Assembly (NCBI GenBank): GCA_039808865.1
Contig: JBDHTW010000014.1
Location: 12 to 64,011, forward strand
DNA: 64,000 bases
DNA from: Geminicoccaceae bacterium
GTDB taxonomy: Bacteria; Pseudomonadota; Alphaproteobacteria; Geminicoccales; Geminicoccaceae
Reading direction: 5' to 3'
The notes under the pieces were generated by a model that saw only the letters and a program-made list of their open reading frames with translations, searched no databases and was not told the DNA's origin. Made by a program: the position numbers and the translations under genes. Shown piece after piece: positions 59,015 through 64,000 of the stretch (position 1 is its first letter; every line of letters starts with the position of its first letter).

Positions 59015-60238
59015 ATGACGATGCCGCAGGCACTGGCCGGTGTTCGCATCCTGGACCTGACGCGGATCCTGGCCGGACCGACCTGCACCCAGCTCCTGGG
59101 TGACCTGGGCGCCGACGTGATCAAGATCGAGCGCCCGGGTGCCGGCGACGACACGCGCAAATGGGGCCCGCCCTATGTCGAGGGCCGTGACGGCCCCACG
59201 GCGGAGAGCGCCTACTATCTCTGCGCCAACCGCAACAAGCGCTCGGTCGCGGTCGACATCGCCAAGCCGGCGGGCCAGGCGCTGGTCAAGCGCCTGCTGG
59301 CCCAATGCGACGTGCTGGTCGAGAACTTCAAGGTCGGCGACCTCGCCCGCTACGGCTTGGCCTACGACCAGCTCCAGGCGGCGTTCCCGCGGCTGGTCTA
59401 TGCGTCGATCACCGGCTTCGGGCAGACCGGCCCCTATGCGCCGCGTGCCGGCTACGATTATCTGGCGCAGGGTCTCGGCGGCATCATGAGCCTGACCGGC
59501 GCACCGGACGGCGAGCCGATGAAGGTCGGCGTCGGCATCGCCGACGTGATGTGCGGGATGTACGCCGCCGTGGGCATCCTGGCGGCGTTGCGCCACCGCG
59601 ACCTGACCGGATCGGGCCAGCAGCTCGACCTCGCCCTGCTCGACACCCAGGTCGCCTGGCTCGTCAACGAAGGCACCAACTATCTGGTGTCCGGCAAGAC
59701 ACCGCGGCGGCTCGGCAACGAGCACCCGAACATCGTCCCCTACAAGACGTTCGAGAGCAGCGACGGGCACGTCATCCTGGCGATCGGCAACGACGCACAG
59801 TTCCAGCGCTGGTGCCGCTTCGCCGGCGCCGACGATCTGGCCGGCGATCCACGCTTCACGACCAACAGCCTGCGCGTCCGGCACCGCCAGGAACTTTATG
59901 CACTGATGCCGGCCTACGTGCGGGTGAAATCCACCACCGCCTGGGTCGAGGGTCTGGCCGCGCTCGGTGTGCCGTGCGGGCCGGTGAACGGCCTCGATCA
60001 GGTGTTCGCCGATCCACAGGTGCGGGCCCGTGGCATGCGGATCGACGTGCCGCACGCGACGGCGGCCAGCGGCAGCGTGCCGCTGATCGCCAACCCGATC
60101 CGGATGAGCCGCACCCCGCCCAGCTACCATCAGGGGCCGCCCACGCTGGGCGAGCATACCGATGCCGTCCTGGCCGAGCTGCTCGGGCTCGACGATGCCG
60201 AGCGCGAGGCTTTGCGGGCGGCCGGGACGATCGGCTGA
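59015..60238 (+). CDS. CaiB/BaiF family III CoA-transferase
   Basis: ILDLTRILAGP, VIKIERPG.GDDTR, NRNKRS, ENFK, ITGFGQTGP, catalytic Asp in GIADV. Confidence 0.93.
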   Translation: MTMPQALAGVRILDLTRILAGPTCTQLLGDLGADVIKIERPGAGDDTRKWGPPYVEGRDGPTAESAYYLCANRNKRSVAVDIAKPAGQALVKRLLAQCDVLVENFKVGDLARYGLAYDQLQAAFPRLVYASITGFGQTGPYAPRAGYDYLAQGLGGIMSLTGAPDGEPMKVGVGIADVMCGMYAAVGILAALRHRDLTGSGQQLDLALLDTQVAWLVNEGTNYLVSGKTPRRLGNEHPNIVPYKTFESSDGHVILAIGNDAQFQRWCRFAGADDLAGDPRFTTNSLRVRHRQELYALMPAYVRVKSTTAWVEGLAALGVPCGPVNGLDQVFADPQVRARGMRIDVPHATAASGSVPLIANPIRMSRTPPSYHQGPPTLGEHTDAVLAELLGLDDAEREALRAAGTIG

Positions 60239-60252
60239 TCGCCCGCCCGCGG

Positions 60253-60714
60253 TCAGCGCCGGGCCTGGAAGAAGGAGCGCAGCAGATCGGCCGCGGCGCT
60301 GGCCGCGATGCCGCCATAGACGTCCGGCCGATGATGGCAGGCGGCGCTCGCGAAGATGCGTGGCCCGTGGTCGACGCCGCCACCCTTGGGATCCTCGGCG
60401 CCGTAGTAGATGCGCCGCAGCCGGGCGAGGCTGGCAGCAGTGGCGCACATCGGGCACGGCTCGAGCGTGACGTAGAGGTCGCAACCGACCAGCCGGGGCG
60501 TGTCCAGCCTCGCCGCCGCGGCCCGGATGACCAGCATCTCGGCATGCGCGGTCGGATCGCGCCGCTCCTCGATGCGGTTGCGGTCGCGGGCCAGCAGCGT
60601 CCCGTCCGGAGCGACCAGGACCGCGCCGACCGGCACCTCGCCGGCGGTCGCGGCAGCTCGGGCCTCGGCAAGCGCGAGCGCCATCGGCCCCGCCCGGTCG
60701 CCCGCTGCGCTCAA
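60253..60714 (-). CDS. tadA: tRNA adenosine(34) deaminase / nucleoside deaminase
   Basis: GEVPVGAV, DPTAHAE, VTLEPCPMC, DPKGG. Confidence 0.88.
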   Translation of the reverse strand: MSAAGDRAGPMALALAEARAAATAGEVPVGAVLVAPDGTLLARDRNRIEERRDPTAHAEMLVIRAAAARLDTPRLVGCDLYVTLEPCPMCATAASLARLRRIYYGAEDPKGGGVDHGPRIFASAACHHRPDVYGGIAASAAADLLRSFFQARR

Positions 60715-61352
60715 TGCGGCTCGCCGAAGGAAACGGCCACGTCCTTGGCCTCCGCCGGCGGTGCGCCGAGCCGGACCTCGAAGCGTGCCGCGCCCCCCGG
60801 TTCCAGCGCCGGCCGTGGTGGATCGAACAGGCCGAAGTCGAGCTCCTGCTGCTCGCCGTCGAGCAGCGCCACCCTGATCGGCGGCAGCTCACGCTCGTGC
60901 GCCGAAACATTGGCGATCTGGCCGGTGACCACCAGGACCGGTCGGCCATCGTCCTGCCGCTGCGCCGCGTTCAGCTCGCGGAACTCCACGCCGAGCGGCA
61001 GCTCCAGCGACAGGCCGAGGCTGCGGTAGAGCGGCACCGTCACCGGCAGCTTGGCCGCGATCTCGTTGCGGCCGGCCACGGCGGCCGTCATGAGAAGGAC
61101 GGCGAGGCCGGCCAGGAGCCAGCCGGTGAGCAAGCCGCGGCGCGCCCGCGGCGTCGCAACGCCGGCATCGGCGGGCGCATGCGCCGGCACGGCGGGCTCG
61201 TCGACCGGTGGTGCTGCGGCCGCGATCGTGCGGAGCCCTTCGACGAACCAGCGTTCCCGGCAGGCCGAGCAGCGAACGGTGCGCCCGACCGGGCCGAGCG
61301 CCGCCGGATCGATGCGGAACTGGATGGAGCAGCTTGGGCACGTGACGATCAT
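60711..61352 (-). CDS. MJ0042-type zinc-ribbon + DUF3426 membrane protein
   Basis: CPSC...VRCSAC..W zinc ribbon, Pro/Ala linker, TM segment, LVVTGQIAN...LPP..V.L.D domain. Confidence 0.85.
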   Translation of the reverse strand: MIVTCPSCSIQFRIDPAALGPVGRTVRCSACRERWFVEGLRTIAAAAPPVDEPAVPAHAPADAGVATPRARRGLLTGWLLAGLAVLLMTAAVAGRNEIAAKLPVTVPLYRSLGLSLELPLGVEFRELNAAQRQDDGRPVLVVTGQIANVSAHERELPPIRVALLDGEQQELDFGLFDPPRPALEPGGAARFEVRLGAPPAEAKDVAVSFGEPH

Positions 61353-61469
61353 CGGGCTGGTCCGCAGCATGCAGTCGGCAGGTCATACTCTTCGGTTGAA
61401 ATTCTATCTGATTATTCTATTAAATATAGGAGTCGCCATCGGCAAGCAGGGACTGTCGGACCAAAAGCG

Positions 61470-62177
61470 GTGCAACCGGACGGCACCACGATCGTGCGGC
61501 TGGAGCGGGTCGGCTTACGGTACGACCCAAACGCGGAGGTTTTGCGCGACATCGATCTCACCCTTGCCGCGGGCACCTTCCACTTCCTCGTCGGCCCTGT
61601 CGGCGCCGGCAAGACTTCGCTGATCCGGCTGCTCAATCTGACGCAGGTGCCGTCGCGCGGCAGGATGGTGCTGTTCGGTCGCGACGTCGCGCAGCTGGAC
61701 CAAGGCGAGCTGATCGCCCTGCGCCGGCGGATCGGCGTCGTGGACCAGGACTTCCGGCTGCTCGACGAGATGTCCGCCTTCGACAACCTGGCGTTGCCGC
61801 TGCGGCTCGCCGATGGCGATGCGCCCCTGCCCGTCGGCCAGGTCGCCGACCTGCTGGATTGGCTTGGGCTCGGCGACGTGCTGGAGAGGCGCCCCGGCGC
61901 GCTGTCGGCGGGTCAGCGGCGGCTTTTGGCGGCGGGCCGGGCGACGATCGGCCGGCCGCAGCTGCTTCTCGCCGATTGCCCGACCTGCGACCTCGACGGC
62001 GACAGCTGCCGTCGTCTGATGCGGCTCCTGCTCGCGCTGCACGAGCGGGGCACGACCGTCGTGCTGGCGACGCACGACGAGCGTCTGGTGCGTCGTCACG
62101 GCTTTCCCACGCTGGAGCTGGCCGCGGGCGGGTTGCACCGGCCGCCGGCGCTTGCGGCATCGCGGCTGAGCGCGTGA
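61470..62177 (+). CDS. ftsE: FtsE-like cell division ABC ATPase with degenerate catalytic motifs
   Basis: VGLRY, FHFLVGPVGAGKTSL, RRRIGVVDQDFRLL, ATHD; Walker B reads LLADCPTCDLD; synteny with ftsX. Confidence 0.8.
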   Translation: MQPDGTTIVRLERVGLRYDPNAEVLRDIDLTLAAGTFHFLVGPVGAGKTSLIRLLNLTQVPSRGRMVLFGRDVAQLDQGELIALRRRIGVVDQDFRLLDEMSAFDNLALPLRLADGDAPLPVGQVADLLDWLGLGDVLERRPGALSAGQRRLLAAGRATIGRPQLLLADCPTCDLDGDSCRRLMRLLLALHERGTTVVLATHDERLVRRHGFPTLELAAGGLHRPPALAASRLSA

Positions 62178-63067
62178 GCTTCGCCAAGATGGCCGCACAC
62201 CGCGTCCCGACCCCGGATCTGCCGCTCACGCTGGACCCGGTCGGCCATCTGCTGACCTGGAGCGCCGGCGGCCTCGTCCTGGCCATCGTGCTCGCCCTCG
62301 CCGTCGCTGCGACGGCCAACGGCACGGCGGCGCGCCTGGATGTGGAGCCGCGCCTGGTCACGGTGGTGCTGCCCAGCGCCGCCGTGGGCGCGCCGTCCGA
62401 GGCCGAGATGGCGGGCATTGCCGCGGGGCTGGAACGGCTCGACGGCGTGGCGTTCGCGCGGGTGCTGACCCCGCAGGAGCTGGCCCGGCTTTGGGCGCCG
62501 TGGCTGGCGTCGGCGAGCGGCATCCCGCTGCCGCGGCTGATCGACCTTGCCTTCAACCCGGGCCGCGAGCCGCCATGGCCGGCGCTGGCCGCCCAGGTGG
62601 CACGCCTGGCGCCGGGGGCGACGCTCGAGCAGCGCGCCGACGACGGAACGGCGACGCGGGAGGCGGCCCGGCTGCTGCGGTCGACGGCGCTCGGCGCCGC
62701 GGCGGTGCTGCTGGCGCTGCTCATGGGTGTCGTGAACCGGCTGACCCGGATCGGTCTCGCCCTGCAGCGCGAGACCGTCGGCATGCTGCGGCTGTGGGGT
62801 GCTGCCGAGGCCGATATCGGGCGCGAGCTTGCACGGCGGGTGCTGACCTGCGTGCTGCGCGGCGGTCTGTGCGGGTTTGCTGCAGCGAGCTCGCTCGCGC
62901 TGGGCCCGTCCCTGGCACCCGCGGCCTGGCCGCACGGTGGCCTGCCCGCCTTGCATCTCGGTCCGGCCGACTGGCTGCTGCTCGGGTGCGTCCCCATCGC
63001 GGCGGCGCTGCTGGCGGTGTGGGCCGCCCGCTGGACGACACGCCGCCATCTGGCCGGTTCGCGCTAG
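62174..63067 (+). CDS. ftsX: FtsX-like cell division permease (divergent)
   Basis: TM1, periplasmic loop with L..LWAPWL...PLPRLIDL, three further TMs, ETVGMLRLWGA..ADI; GTGA coupling to ftsE. Confidence 0.75.
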   Translation: MSFAKMAAHRVPTPDLPLTLDPVGHLLTWSAGGLVLAIVLALAVAATANGTAARLDVEPRLVTVVLPSAAVGAPSEAEMAGIAAGLERLDGVAFARVLTPQELARLWAPWLASASGIPLPRLIDLAFNPGREPPWPALAAQVARLAPGATLEQRADDGTATREAARLLRSTALGAAAVLLALLMGVVNRLTRIGLALQRETVGMLRLWGAAEADIGRELARRVLTCVLRGGLCGFAAASSLALGPSLAPAAWPHGGLPALHLGPADWLLLGCVPIAAALLAVWAARWTTRRHLAGSR

Positions 63068-63152
63068 GCTGCTTGCCAAACCCGGTCGGGACGGCATTCT
63101 TTCGGCCGGTGTTCAGCCCGGGAGCATTGCCGCCTTGCCAGCCTCGCCAGTC

Positions 63153-63875
63153 GTGGTCCTGCGCTCTCTGGCGTTCGATCTGTTCTTCTATGGCTCGACC
63201 AGCTTCTATTGTCTGGCCGTGCTGCCCGCCTACCCGTTCCTCTCGCCGGCCGGCATGCGGCGGGTGGCGAGAACGTGGCAGCGTCTCGTCATCTGGGGCC
63301 TGCGGGTGATCGTCGGCCTCACCTACGAGGTGCGTGGCCGCGAGTTCCTGCCGGTCGAGCCGGTGATCCTGGCCAGCAAGCACCAGTCGGCCTGGGAGAC
63401 GCTCGCCTTCCACGTGCTCGTGCCCGAGGTCGCGGTCTGCCTCAAGGAGGAGCTCACGCGCATCCCGGTGTTCGGCGCGTACCTGATGCGCGCCGGCAGC
63501 ATCCGCATCGACCGCGGCGCCGCTGCCCGCGCGATCCGCTCGCTCATCGAGGGGGCGAAACGTGCGGTGGCGGACGGCCTGTCGGTGCAGATCTACCCGG
63601 AAGGCACCCGGCGCGGCGTGGGCGACCCGCCGGACTACAAGCCGGGCGTGATGGCGCTCTATGGCGCGCTCCGCCTGCCGGTGGTGCCGATAGCGCTGAA
63701 CTCGGGACTGTTCTGGCCGCGGCACGGCCTGGTCAAGCGGCCGGGCCGGATCACGGTCGAATTCCTGCCGCCGATCCCGGCCGGCCTCGACCGCAAGCTG
63801 TTCATGCAGCGGCTGGAGCAGGACATCGAGGCGGCGACCGCGCGGCTGGTGGCCGAGGCGCGGCAGGCGGCCTGA
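63153..63875 (+). CDS. plsC: 1-acyl-sn-glycerol-3-phosphate acyltransferase
   Basis: SKHQSAWET (HxxxxE/D), KEEL..IPVFG, IDRG, IYPEGTR, VVPIALNSG. Confidence 0.9.
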   Translation: MVLRSLAFDLFFYGSTSFYCLAVLPAYPFLSPAGMRRVARTWQRLVIWGLRVIVGLTYEVRGREFLPVEPVILASKHQSAWETLAFHVLVPEVAVCLKEELTRIPVFGAYLMRAGSIRIDRGAAARAIRSLIEGAKRAVADGLSVQIYPEGTRRGVGDPPDYKPGVMALYGALRLPVVPIALNSGLFWPRHGLVKRPGRITVEFLPPIPAGLDRKLFMQRLEQDIEAATARLVAEARQAA

Positions 63876-63940
63876 ACGGGAGGCCGGCACCCGGGCTGGA
63901 CAGGCCGTCACGATACCGCTATATGCGGAGCCGCCTTTGG

Positions 63941-64000
<60 letters not shown>

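Noticed and set aside
61381-61440. CtrA box upstream of ftsE
   Set aside because: The region is AT-rich with one TTAA (61420-61423), but the second half-site at N7 spacing (TGAT) matches poorly.

Overview
A high-GC alphaproteobacterial chromosomal segment. The gene orders Rrf2-sufBCDS-sufT, pyrB-pyrC-(…)-plsY and zinc-ribbon/DUF3426 <> ftsE-ftsX-plsC-tRNA suggest Rhodospirillales/Geminicoccaceae (inference). No CRISPR array, transposase, integrase or phage gene was seen. Blocks: (1) 1-2.9 kb, sulfatase end, ROK kinase, inositol monophosphatase, NUDIX. (2) 3.3-13.4 kb, a hydroaromatic (quinate/shikimate-like) catabolic cluster with two KstD-like flavoproteins, two divergent shikimate-dehydrogenase paralogues, AroQ, an orphan TRAP DctP, NIPSNAP, a TIM-barrel metalloenzyme, Gfo/Idh/MocA and an SDR. 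(3) 13.5-19.3 kb, cfa, MFS/AKR/LysR and a YcaQ glycosylase. (4) 19.3-24.3 kb, a sugar ABC-phosphotriesterase-DUF1355-thioesterase operon. (5) pabB-pabA and DUF2934. (6) 27-39.7 kb, a surface glycan locus with CDP-glucose synthesis, two sugar C-methyltransferases, a sulfotransferase, a flippase and a GINT1-like propeller. (7) 39.7-45.6 kb, msrAB, a catalase-like peroxidase and the most striking module: a hybrid kinase with a DcpA-like periplasmic domain, then a PruR-like pterin-binding protein, then a FolK-like pterin kinase, which together suggest a pterin-sensing phosphorelay. (8) 46-64 kb, housekeeping genes, including an orphan MauG/BthA-type di-haem enzyme and an FtsE whose catalytic Glu is replaced within a CxxC motif, ending in a partial tRNA-Phe. 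All assignments come from motif reading by eye. Literature residue numbers are recalled, and no database searches were run.
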